Shown piece by piece: positions 8,986-17,391 of a DNA stretch of 32,000 nucleotides. The position numbers and the translations under genes are program-made. Each line of letters opens with the position of its first letter. Position 1 is the stretch's first letter. The notes beneath the pieces are model-generated. The model made no database searches. It was not told where the DNA came from and was given only the letters and a program-made list of their open reading frames with translations. The DNA comes from Mycobacterium tuberculosis H37Rv. GTDB taxonomy: Bacteria; Actinomycetota; Actinomycetes; Mycobacteriales; Mycobacteriaceae. The stretch lies in the NCBI RefSeq assembly GCF_000195955.2, contig NC_000962.3:2760001-2792000 (forward strand). The letters are read 5' to 3'.

Positions 8986-11571
8986 GTGGCCCTTCCAAAC
9001 CTCACGCGGGACCAAGCCGTCGAACGCGCCGCCCTGATAACCGTGGACAGCTACCAGATCATTCTCGATGTGACCGACGGTAACGGCGCTCCCGGCGAAC
9101 GCACCTTCCGGTCGACCACCACCGTGGTGTTCGACGCACTCCCCGGCGCCGACACGGTCATCGACATCTCCGCCCACACCGTGCGCCGCGCCAGCCTCAA
9201 CGACCAAGACCTGGACGTCTCGGGATATGACGAGGCGGCCGGGATCCCGTTGCGCGGACTGGCCCAGCGCAACGTCGTCGTCGTCGACGCCGACTGCCAC
9301 TACTCCAATACCGGCGAGGGCCTGCATCGGTTTGTCGATCCGGTGGACGGCGAGACCTACCTGTACTCGCAATTCGAAACCGCCGACGCCAAGCGCATGT
9401 TCGCCTGCTTCGACCAACCCGACCTCAAGGCCACGTTTGACGTGCGGGTGACCGCGCCCGCGCACTGGAAGGTGATCTCCAACGGCGCGCCGCTGGCCGC
9501 GGCAAACGGCGTACACACCTTCGCCACTACCCCGCGGATGAGCACCTATCTGGTGGCCTTGATCGCCGGACCATACGCGGCCTGGACGGACACTTACATC
9601 GACGACCACGGGGAAATCCCACTCGGCATCTATTGCCGGGCCTCGCTTGCCGAATACATGGACGCCGAGCGGCTGTTCACCCAAACCAAGCAGGGATTCG
9701 GCTTCTACCACAAGCACTTTGGCCTGCCATACGCGTTCGGCAAGTACGACCAGCTCTTCGTCCCCGAATTCAACGCCGGCGCAATGGAAAACGCCGGCGC
9801 GGTGACCTTCTTGGAGGACTACGTCTTCCGCAGCAAGGTCACCCGGGCATCCTATGAGCGGCGCGCGGAGACCGTGCTGCACGAGATGGCCCACATGTGG
9901 TTCGGCGACCTGGTCACCATGACCTGGTGGGACGATCTGTGGCTGAACGAGTCCTTCGCCACCTTCGCCTCGGTGCTGTGCCAAAGCGAGGCCACCGAAT
10001 TCACCGAGGCTTGGACGACGTTTGCGACCGTGGAGAAGTCTTGGGCGTATCGCCAAGACCAGCTGCCGTCGACGCACCCGATCGCCGCCGACATCCCCGA
10101 CCTGGCCGCTGTCGAGGTGAACTTCGACGGGATCACCTACGCCAAGGGCGCCTCGGTGCTCAAACAGCTCGTTGCCTACGTCGGGCTGGAGCGCTTTCTG
10201 GCCGGCCTGCGTGACTACTTCCGCACGCACGCTTTTGGCAATGCCAGCTTTGACGATCTGCTGGCCGCGTTGGAAAAGGCCTCGGGCCGCGACCTGTCGA
10301 ATTGGGGCGAGCAGTGGCTGAAGACGACCGGGCTCAACACCCTGCGACCAGATTTCGAGGTTGATGCCGAGGGCAGGTTCACCCGGTTCGCGGTGACACA
10401 GAGCGGTGCGGCACCCGGCGCAGGTGAGACCAGGGTGCATCGGTTGGCGGTGGGCATCTACGACGATGATGGTTCCAAGAGTTCCGGCAAGCTGGTCCGG
10501 GTGCACCGCGAGGAACTCGATGTCTCCGGTCCGATCACGAACGTCCCTGCGCTGGTTGGCGTTTCGCGCGGGAAACTGATTCTGGTCAACGACGACGACC
10601 TGACCTACTGTTCGCTGCGGCTGGACGAGCGGTCGCTACAGACCGCGCTAGACCGCATCGCCGACATCGCCGAGCCGCTGCCGCGCACGCTGGTGTGGTC
10701 GGCCGCCTGGGAAATGACCCGTGAAGCCGAACTGCGTGCCCGCGACTTCGTGTCACTGGTGTCCGGCGGCGTGCACGCAGAAACGGAGGTCGGGGTCGCG
10801 CAGCGGCTGCTGCTACAGGCGCAGACAGCGTTGGGTTGCTATGCCGAGCCCGGCTGGGCCCGGGAGCGGGGATGGCCGCAGTTCGCCGACCGGCTGCTGG
10901 AGTTGGCGCGCGAAGCCGAGCCTGGGTCGGATCATCAGCTGGCCTATATCAACTCGCTGTGTTCGTCGGTGTTGTCCCCCCGGCATGTGCAGACCCTAGG
11001 GGCGTTGCTCGAGGGTGAGCCCGCCGCATGTGGATTGGCAGGCTTAGCCGTCGACACCGACCTGCGCTGGCGGATCGTAACCGCGCTGGCCACCGCGGGC
11101 GCCATCGACGCCGACGGGCCGGAGACACCGAGAATCGACGCCGAGGTGCAGCGCGACCCGACTGCCGCCGGAAAGCGGCATGCCGCCCAGGCCCGCGCGG
11201 CGCGGCCACAGTTCGTCGTCAAGGACGAGGCATTCACCACGGTGGTCGAGGACGACACCCTGGCCAACGCCACTGGCCGCGCGATGATCGCCGGCATTGC
11301 CGCACCCGGACAAGGCGAGCTGCTCAAGCCGTTCGCGCGACGCTACTTTCAGGCGATCCCCGGAGTATGGGCACGGCGATCCAGCGAAGTCGCGCAATCG
11401 GTGGTGATTGGCCTGTATCCGCACTGGGACATCAGCGAGCAGGGCATCACCGCCGCCGAGGAGTTCCTCAGCGACCCCGAGGTTCCGCCCGCATTGCGCC
11501 GGCTGGTGCTCGAGGGCCAGGCCGCGGTGCAGCGATCGTTGCGGGCCCGCAACTTCGACGCTGACGGCTAG
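8986..11571 (+). CDS. pepN: Aminopeptidase N, M1 zinc metallopeptidase
   Basis: GAMENAG and HEMAHMWFGDLVT...NESFAT (HExxH-x18-E). GTG start at 8986 gives 861 aa; an upstream in-frame start at 8977 is also possible. Confidence 0.96.
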   Translation: MALPNLTRDQAVERAALITVDSYQIILDVTDGNGAPGERTFRSTTTVVFDALPGADTVIDISAHTVRRASLNDQDLDVSGYDEAAGIPLRGLAQRNVVVVDADCHYSNTGEGLHRFVDPVDGETYLYSQFETADAKRMFACFDQPDLKATFDVRVTAPAHWKVISNGAPLAAANGVHTFATTPRMSTYLVALIAGPYAAWTDTYIDDHGEIPLGIYCRASLAEYMDAERLFTQTKQGFGFYHKHFGLPYAFGKYDQLFVPEFNAGAMENAGAVTFLEDYVFRSKVTRASYERRAETVLHEMAHMWFGDLVTMTWWDDLWLNESFATFASVLCQSEATEFTEAWTTFATVEKSWAYRQDQLPSTHPIAADIPDLAAVEVNFDGITYAKGASVLKQLVAYVGLERFLAGLRDYFRTHAFGNASFDDLLAALEKASGRDLSNWGEQWLKTTGLNTLRPDFEVDAEGRFTRFAVTQSGAAPGAGETRVHRLAVGIYDDDGSKSSGKLVRVHREELDVSGPITNVPALVGVSRGKLILVNDDDLTYCSLRLDERSLQTALDRIADIAEPLPRTLVWSAAWEMTREAELRARDFVSLVSGGVHAETEVGVAQRLLLQAQTALGCYAEPGWARERGWPQFADRLLELAREAEPGSDHQLAYINSLCSSVLSPRHVQTLGALLEGEPAACGLAGLAVDTDLRWRIVTALATAGAIDADGPETPRIDAEVQRDPTAAGKRHAAQARAARPQFVVKDEAFTTVVEDDTLANATGRAMIAGIAAPGQGELLKPFARRYFQAIPGVWARRSSEVAQSVVIGLYPHWDISEQGITAAEEFLSDPEVPPALRRLVLEGQAAVQRSLRARNFDADG

Positions 11572-11587
11572 CCCTCACCGCGAGGGC

Positions 11588-11609
11588 GCGTGTCTGTACA
11601 ACGACACGC
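11588..11609. terminator. Candidate bidirectional terminator hairpin between convergent genes
   Basis: GCGTGTC-TGTACAAC-GACACGC directly after the pepN stop. Confidence 0.4.
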
Positions 11610-11636
11610 CGCATCGGGCGTACATTCGGGCGTGCT

Positions 11637-11654
11637 CGCCGGGTCAGCCCGGCG
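11637..11654. terminator. Second GC-rich hairpin overlapping the 3' end of the convergent gene
   Basis: CGCCGGG-TCAG-CCCGGCG covering the TGA stop (11644-11646) of the minus-strand gene. Confidence 0.35.
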
Positions 11655-12147
11655 CGATCCCCGCGCTGAGCACGCGGATCGCGCTGATCAGCCCATCTAC
11701 CAGCTCACCCTGCTCGAACGCTGAGGAAGCGGCGGCAACCCCGAGCGGAGCCGCCGACTCGGCACCGCGGCCGCGGACTTGCGAGCCGTAGACCACTTCG
11801 ATGGCGCACTGGTTGGGCGAGACCGCGAGCAGCACAGCATTGTCCGGCGTGGGCACCTTGCCCAAGATCTCGCGGGCCCGCGCGGCGGTGTCACGACCCA
11901 AGTCGCCGAGGTAGATGGCGAACCTCACCTGACACGCCCGCGAGCTGTAGGTCAGCGCGTCGTCCAGGGCGACGAGATCTGCGATGGGGAACGGGTAGTG
12001 CACGGACAGTTCCCCGGGCTCGGTGACCCCCGAGATCCGTCCGCTGGTGGTCAGCACCCAACCCGGCGGCAGCTCGGCGTGCTCAATCGTCGCAACGTCA
12101 CCACGTGCCACTGGCCCCACCTCCAACCGTGAACTCCGATGCGTCAT
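11644..12147 (-). CDS. Conserved hypothetical protein (Rv2468c type)
   Basis: 167 aa from [16 protein letters not shown]; good protein-like composition. Confidence 0.75.
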   Translation of the reverse strand: MTHRSSRLEVGPVARGDVATIEHAELPPGWVLTTSGRISGVTEPGELSVHYPFPIADLVALDDALTYSSRACQVRFAIYLGDLGRDTAARAREILGKVPTPDNAVLLAVSPNQCAIEVVYGSQVRGRGAESAAPLGVAAASSAFEQGELVDGLISAIRVLSAGIAPG

Positions 12148-12340
12148 GCCCGTGTCCGCCGTGCGCGCTGCCAACGACCTCGTCGGTGGCGGCCCACAGG
12201 ATGGGCGGGTGTGTCCAAGGCTCCGACAGTTTGTAGGTTGCCGGGTGAGGTCCCTTGCGCGACCAGATCAGCACAGACAGCACAACCACCAGCAACAACG
12301 GGATACCGACAAAGAAGAGGTGGATCTCCATAGCACTCAC
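12098..12340 (-). CDS. Small single-TM protein, 80 aa or slightly shorter
   Basis: [54 protein letters not shown]..., one clear TM helix followed by a Gly/His-rich tail. Tightly packed between neighbours on the same strand. Confidence 0.75.
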   Translation of the reverse strand: MSAMEIHLFFVGIPLLLVVVLSVLIWSRKGPHPATYKLSEPWTHPPILWAATDEVVGSAHGGHGHDASEFTVGGGASGTW

Positions 12341-12366
12341 GACGCAAACCGTATCCCACCGGGTTT

Positions 12367-13035
12367 TCAGGCCGCACCCTCACCGAGGTATCGCGCCCAG
12401 GACGGGTCCAGCTCCTTGACCGCCGACAGCAGTCGCCAGTGCGGTCCCGTGGGCGGCAGCGGCGCCCGGCGGAGTGCCCAGCCAAGCTCGGTCAACAGCC
12501 TGTCACCCTTGCGGTGGTTACACGGCGAGCAGCACGCAACGCAGTTCTCCCAGGAGTGGGCACCGCCCCGGCTGCGGGGTACCACGTGGTCGACGGTGTC
12601 GGCCTTGCCGCCGCAGTAGGCACAACAGAACCGGTCCCGATGCATGAGCGCGGCCCGGGTCATCGGAACCCGGGCACGGTAGGGAACCCGGACATAGGAG
12701 CGCAACTGGATCACCGACGGGACCAGGATCGATCTGGTCGCCGAGTGGATGACCGGCCCGGACGGGTCTTCGTGCACCACGTCGGCCTTGCCACAGATCA
12801 CCATGACAATCGCCCGCCGCATCGACAACGCGGTAAGCGGCTCGTAGGTGGAGTTCAGGAGCAGCACCCGCCGGCGGTTCCAGATCGATGCGCTCTCGTG
12901 ACGGTTCGGTGGATGGGTCTCGACGCCTGACGCGAGTCGGTGGGAGTGGACACTGTGCAGGCATGAAGCGGGCCCGGTTACGCCTGCCGCGACACCGGAA
13001 CTGCGGTGGCCGCGGCGCTTCTTGCCGTGCGCCAT
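12367..13035 (-). CDS. HNH endonuclease-domain protein (Rv2469c type)
   Basis: [12 protein letters not shown] start gives 222 aa. [43 protein letters not shown] is an HNH motif with paired CxxC. Confidence 0.9.
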   Translation of the reverse strand: MAHGKKRRGHRSSGVAAGVTGPASCLHSVHSHRLASGVETHPPNRHESASIWNRRRVLLLNSTYEPLTALSMRRAIVMVICGKADVVHEDPSGPVIHSATRSILVPSVIQLRSYVRVPYRARVPMTRAALMHRDRFCCAYCGGKADTVDHVVPRSRGGAHSWENCVACCSPCNHRKGDRLLTELGWALRRAPLPPTGPHWRLLSAVKELDPSWARYLGEGAA

Positions 13036-13177
13036 AGGTCCTCCGCCGAACAGTCCACCATGATTCGCGGCTAATCGCACGCCAAATGCCACGTCCACAC
13101 CGTGTCGCTCCGGTGAACAAACCGGGGGCTGGCTGGTCGGCCACGACAAATAGACCACAATGGAGGGGATGGATCAG

Positions 13178-13564
13178 ATGCCGAAGTCTTTCTACGACGC
13201 GGTCGGCGGCGCCAAAACCTTCGACGCGATCGTGTCGCGTTTCTATGCGCAGGTCGCCGAGGACGAAGTACTGCGGCGGGTGTACCCCGAAGATGACTTA
13301 GCCGGCGCCGAGGAACGATTGCGGATGTTCCTCGAGCAGTACTGGGGCGGCCCACGAACCTACTCGGAGCAGCGCGGCCACCCCCGATTGCGGATGCGGC
13401 ATGCCCCGTTTCGGATCTCGCTCATCGAACGCGACGCCTGGCTGCGGTGCATGCATACGGCTGTGGCCTCCATCGACTCAGAAACGCTCGATGACGAGCA
13501 CCGTCGAGAGTTGCTGGATTATCTGGAGATGGCCGCTCACTCGCTGGTCAACTCCCCGTTTTGA
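13178..13564 (+). CDS. glbO: Truncated (2/2) haemoglobin, group II
   Basis: 128 aa [23 protein letters not shown]...[24 protein letters not shown]. Confidence 0.95.
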
Positions 13565-15204
13565 TGGACCAACACCAGCGACCGGATCCAATGGGCCCCG
13601 GCTCTCCTCGCGCCAGCGCTCGTCGACCGGAGCCAGATCCGATGGGCGAGCCGTGGTGGTCGCGAGCCGTGTTCTACCAGGTCTATCCCCGATCGTTCGC
13701 CGACAGCAACGGCGACGGGGTGGGCGACCTGGACGGGTTGGCGAGCCGGCTTGACCACCTGCAACAGCTCGGTGTCGACGCGATCTGGATCAACCCGGTC
13801 ACCGTCTCGCCGATGGCAGACCACGGATACGACGTCGCCGATCCCCGCGACATCGACCCACTCTTCGGCGGGATGCCGGCGTTCGAACGGTTGGTCGCTG
13901 CGGCACACCGGCAGGGCATCAAAGTCACCATGGACGTGGTGCCCAACCACACCAGTTCGGCGCACCCATGGTTTCAGGCCGCGCTGGCTGACCTCCCGGG
14001 TAGCCCGGCGCGGGATCGCTATTTCTTTCGCGACGGGCGGGGCCCCGACGGGTCGCTGCCGCCGAACAACTGGGAGTCGGTGTTCGGCGGGCCGGCCTGG
14101 ACCCGAGTGCGCGAACCGGACGGCAACCCGGGCCAGTGGTACCTGCACCTTTTCGACACCGAACAGCCGGACCTGAACTGGGACAACCCGGAAATCCTTG
14201 ACGACTTCGAGAAAACACTGCGCTTCTGGCTGGACCGCGGCGTGGATGGCTTCCGCATCGACGTGGCGCACGGCATGGCCAAGCCCCCGGGCCTGCCGGA
14301 CTCACCGGACCTGGGCATCGAGGTGCTGCACCACCGCGATGACGACCCGCGCTTCAACCACCCGAATGTGCACGCGATTCACCGCGACATCCGCACGGTG
14401 ATCGACGAGTACCCCGGAGCGGTAACCGTCGGCGAGGTGTGGGTACACGACAACGCCCGCTGGGCGGAGTATCTGCGGCCCGACGAACTGCATCTCGGCT
14501 TCAATTTCCGGCTGGCGCGAACCGAGTTCGACGCCGCCGAGATCCGCGACGCGGTGGCGAACTCCCTGGCCGCCGCGGCGCTGCAGAACGCGACCCCAAC
14601 CTGGACGCTGGCCAATCACGATGTGGGACGGGAGGTTAGCCGCTACGGCGGCGGCGAGATCGGGCTGCGCCGGGCCAAGGCGATGGCGGTGGTGATGCTC
14701 GCCCTGCCGGGCGTGGTCTTCCTCTACAACGGCCAGGAACTGGGTTTGCCCGACGTGGACCTGCCCGACGAGGTGCTGCAGGATCCGACGTGGGAACGCT
14801 CGGGACGCACCGAACGCGGTCGCGATGGCTGCCGGGTGCCGATTCCCTGGTCGGGCAACATTCCCCCGTTCGGGTTCTCGACGTGTCCAGACACCTGGTT
14901 GCCGATGCCGCCGGAATGGGCGGCGCTGACCGCCGAAAAACAACGCGCTGATGCCGGCTCGACCTTGTCGTTTTTTCGACTTGCACTCAGATTACGTAGG
15001 GAACGAAATGAATTCGACGGCGACGTCGACTGGCTGGCCGCGCCCGACGATGCGCTGATATTCCGGCGTCACGGCGGGGGTTTGGTGTGCGCGCTCAACG
15101 CCGCTGAGCGTCCGCTGGCGCTGCCGGCAGGTGAACCCATCCTGGCCAGCGCACCGTTGACCGACGCCACGTTGCCACCCAATGCCGCGGCCTGGCTGGT
15201 GTAG
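13564..15204 (+). CDS. aglA: Alpha-glucosidase, GH13 family
   Basis: VFYQVYPRSFADSNGDGVGDLDG, DVVPNHTS, GVDGFRIDVAHG, TLANHD. The start ATG overlaps the glbO stop (TGATG). Confidence 0.93.
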   Translation: MDQHQRPDPMGPGSPRASARRPEPDPMGEPWWSRAVFYQVYPRSFADSNGDGVGDLDGLASRLDHLQQLGVDAIWINPVTVSPMADHGYDVADPRDIDPLFGGMPAFERLVAAAHRQGIKVTMDVVPNHTSSAHPWFQAALADLPGSPARDRYFFRDGRGPDGSLPPNNWESVFGGPAWTRVREPDGNPGQWYLHLFDTEQPDLNWDNPEILDDFEKTLRFWLDRGVDGFRIDVAHGMAKPPGLPDSPDLGIEVLHHRDDDPRFNHPNVHAIHRDIRTVIDEYPGAVTVGEVWVHDNARWAEYLRPDELHLGFNFRLARTEFDAAEIRDAVANSLAAAALQNATPTWTLANHDVGREVSRYGGGEIGLRRAKAMAVVMLALPGVVFLYNGQELGLPDVDLPDEVLQDPTWERSGRTERGRDGCRVPIPWSGNIPPFGFSTCPDTWLPMPPEWAALTAEKQRADAGSTLSFFRLALRLRRERNEFDGDVDWLAAPDDALIFRRHGGGLVCALNAAERPLALPAGEPILASAPLTDATLPPNAAAWLV

Positions 15205-15271
15205 CGGCATTCCGAGCTATGCCTGCCCGACATATAAGCGCATACGCATCCTAGGCGGGCACCGTCTAGGT

Positions 15272-15565
15272 ATGATGATGCGGATCGCCGTGCGGCTACC
15301 CGGGGAAGTCATCACCTTCGTCGATAGCGAGGTCAGCCAAATCCGCATACCCAGCCGGCGCGCCGCAGTGGTGTTGCGTGCCTCGAACGCGAGCGACGCC
15401 GCGATTCTTACCGCCACCGAACCCAATCACCACCTCGACGCACTCGCCGGACAGGCCGCAAAGCTAGCACCAACATCGATTGATGCGGCTCATCCAGCTC
15501 GCCCAGCTAGACGAGACCCGTGCCTTTACCCGCGAACTGGCCAGGCCTTACCTCGCACCGGGTAA
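15272..15565 (+). CDS. Small RHH/MazE-like antitoxin-type protein, C-terminus probably out of frame
   Basis: MMMRIAVRLPGEVITFVDSEVSQIRIPSRRAAVVLRASNASDAAILTATEPNHHLDALAGQAA resembles ribbon-helix-helix antitoxins. The remainder reads out of phase across a MazF-like start. Confidence 0.55.
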   Translation: MMMRIAVRLPGEVITFVDSEVSQIRIPSRRAAVVLRASNASDAAILTATEPNHHLDALAGQAAKLAPTSIDAAHPARPARRDPCLYPRTGQALPRTG

Positions 15566-15640
15566 CCGTGGCACCCACCTCGAGCAGCGTAGCCAGCGAA
15601 CTGCTCATGCCCTGGCCGAGCGCTGCCGCTAGCGGTGTGG
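15483..15640 (+). pseudogene. Frame-broken MazF-like toxin remnant
   Basis: Frame 3 from ATG 15483: MRLIQLAQLDETRAFTRELARPYL. Frame 1 then continues HRVTVAPTSSSVASEL. Together they resemble MazF of the MRPIHxAQLDKxRPVLxLTREVVRPHLxxVTVAPIT type. Frame 3 stops at 15630-15632. Confidence 0.5.
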
Positions 15641-15687
15641 TCGGCTGGCGCACCACCGCGACCGCCAGTCAGCGATACCATCGGCCG

Positions 15688-16284
15688 ATGTCGGATACTC
15701 CGTTCGCCGAGCCCTATCCCGAGCAGCGGCCCCCCTGGGGTGTCCCGCCACCAGGTTGGGACGGATCGTCGCGGCCAGCGCCCTCGACGACTCCTCGATC
15801 GCCCGGGCGGTGGTCTCTAGTGGCGGCCCTAGCCCTTGCGGTCGTCTCATTAGGCGTGGGCATCGTCGGATGGTTTCATCGGCAACCGCACGACAAGCCA
15901 TCACCGGCCCCATCCGCGCCGACGTTCACCAGCCAACAGATTTCCGACGCGAAAGAAAACGTCTGCGCCGCACACCGGATCGTGCGCCAGGCGGCCGTGC
16001 TGAATACCAATCAGGCCAACCCGGTACCCGGAGACCCGACCGGCGATTTGGCGGTGGCAGCCAACGCCCGCCTGGCGCTGTATAGCGGCGGCGACTACCT
16101 GCTGAGGCGTCTCACCGCCGAGCCAGCGACTCCTGCCGAGTTGCGCGATGCCGTCCGCTCGCTCGCCAACGCTCTACAAGAGCTTGCAGTGAACTATCTC
16201 GCTGGAGCTCCCGATTCCGTGGTAACTCCCCTGCGGCTGGCGCTGGAAAGGGACACCAGAGCCGTGGATCCGCTATGCGTGTGA
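15688..16284 (+). CDS. Single-TM alanine/proline-rich membrane protein (Rv2473 type)
   Basis: From MSDTPFAEPYPEQRPPWGVPPPGWDG..., TM WSLVAALALAVVSLGVGIVGWF. The open frame extends upstream to 15520, but that part overlaps the MazF-like remnant. Confidence 0.7.
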   Translation: MSDTPFAEPYPEQRPPWGVPPPGWDGSSRPAPSTTPRSPGRWSLVAALALAVVSLGVGIVGWFHRQPHDKPSPAPSAPTFTSQQISDAKENVCAAHRIVRQAAVLNTNQANPVPGDPTGDLAVAANARLALYSGGDYLLRRLTAEPATPAELRDAVRSLANALQELAVNYLAGAPDSVVTPLRLALERDTRAVDPLCV

Positions 16285-16315
16285 CGGCGATCCGGAAATG
16301 AACCATCCTCGCCCA

Positions 16316-16969
16316 TCAGCGCAGCACCAGCGCCGCGTGGCCGCGATGCCGATAAACCGAGCCGAAGCGGGCGTCCAGACGCAACCACGCCGGCGATATC
16401 CGGACCCGGATCAGCTCGTCGGCGCTGATCGTTTCTGCGGACTGGGGAAGGAAACCCATTGCGGTCAAAGCGAACACACAGCGCATGGGTAGCCCAACGA
16501 CGACATCGGCCGAGCTGACCTGGATGACCTCCTGATCGAGCAGCGATACCGGCGGACCAGCCGAACTCCCGTGCTCCTTGGCCAGCCGCGCGCCACGGTG
16601 CGCCAGGTCCAACATCACCCGGGCCGGTACGTCGTCGAGATAGGTGAAGCCGGACTCCGGCGGCAACCCACCCCGCCACGCGGAGTCCATCGAGTAACCG
16701 GGATCGACATAGCCCGAGGCATCCGTTGTGGCCAGACCGTGCGCGAGTGACCGTGCGGCCACCGACAGATCGTCGGGTCGCACCTTGCCGGCCACCACCC
16801 GACTGGCCAGCACGTCGAAGCCCGTTGCTACCCAAGCCGATAGCAATCCGGTAGACCGCGCGCGAATACGGATAACGGCGGCATCGTCGAGCCGAAGCGC
16901 GTGATCCACGAACGTGGCCAGATCCGCGCGGTGAGCCGGGTCAGGGAGCCACAACCCACGCTCAACCAC
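16316..16969 (-). CDS. Conserved hypothetical protein (Rv2474c type)
   Basis: About 217 aa ORF, start uncertain (16990 possible). Confidence 0.7.
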   Translation of the reverse strand: MVERGLWLPDPAHRADLATFVDHALRLDDAAVIRIRARSTGLLSAWVATGFDVLASRVVAGKVRPDDLSVAARSLAHGLATTDASGYVDPGYSMDSAWRGGLPPESGFTYLDDVPARVMLDLAHRGARLAKEHGSSAGPPVSLLDQEVIQVSSADVVVGLPMRCVFALTAMGFLPQSAETISADELIRVRISPAWLRLDARFGSVYRHRGHAALVLR

Positions 16970-16974
16970 CCCGC

Positions 16975-17391
16975 CTATCCCCGAAACCACCGTTGCAGGT
17001 ACTCGCGATGGTGTGGCGATAGTCGAACCAACCGCTGTTCCTCGATATGGAACGCGGCCAGCTGCGACTCGGCGATGACCGCAGGCCTCGAGTCTGGCTC
17101 CGCGTTGACCGACCGCACCTCGTACCCGAGCGTGAAGTCGACCGCCCGCAGCCGCTTGGTCCAGATCGTCACCTGTAGCGGCGAGTCGGACAACCGCAGT
17201 TGACCCTTGTAGGTCACCCGGACATCGGCGATCAGCAGCCCGGTGGACGTGATGTCGGCTCCGAAAGCATCCTTAAGAAACGGGACCCGTGCCTCTTCGA
17301 GAATCGTGACCATGGTGGCGTGGTTGACGTGCTGATACATGTCGATGTCAGACCAGCGCACCCCCACCGGCGTGACGAACCCGACGCTCAC
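16975..17391 (-). CDS. Hotdog-fold acyl-CoA thioesterase (4HBT-like)
   Basis: [34 protein letters not shown] is typical of the 4-hydroxybenzoyl-CoA thioesterase family. 138 aa from GTG 17391. Confidence 0.82.
   Translation of the reverse strand: MSVGFVTPVGVRWSDIDMYQHVNHATMVTILEEARVPFLKDAFGADITSTGLLIADVRVTYKGQLRLSDSPLQVTIWTKRLRAVDFTLGYEVRSVNAEPDSRPAVIAESQLAAFHIEEQRLVRLSPHHREYLQRWFRG

Noticed and set aside
8764-10506. 580-aa minus-strand ORF antisense to pepN
   Set aside because: Typical long spurious antisense ORF in GC-rich DNA. The plus-strand frame encodes unmistakable M1 aminopeptidase motifs, and the antisense translation has no recognisable domain.
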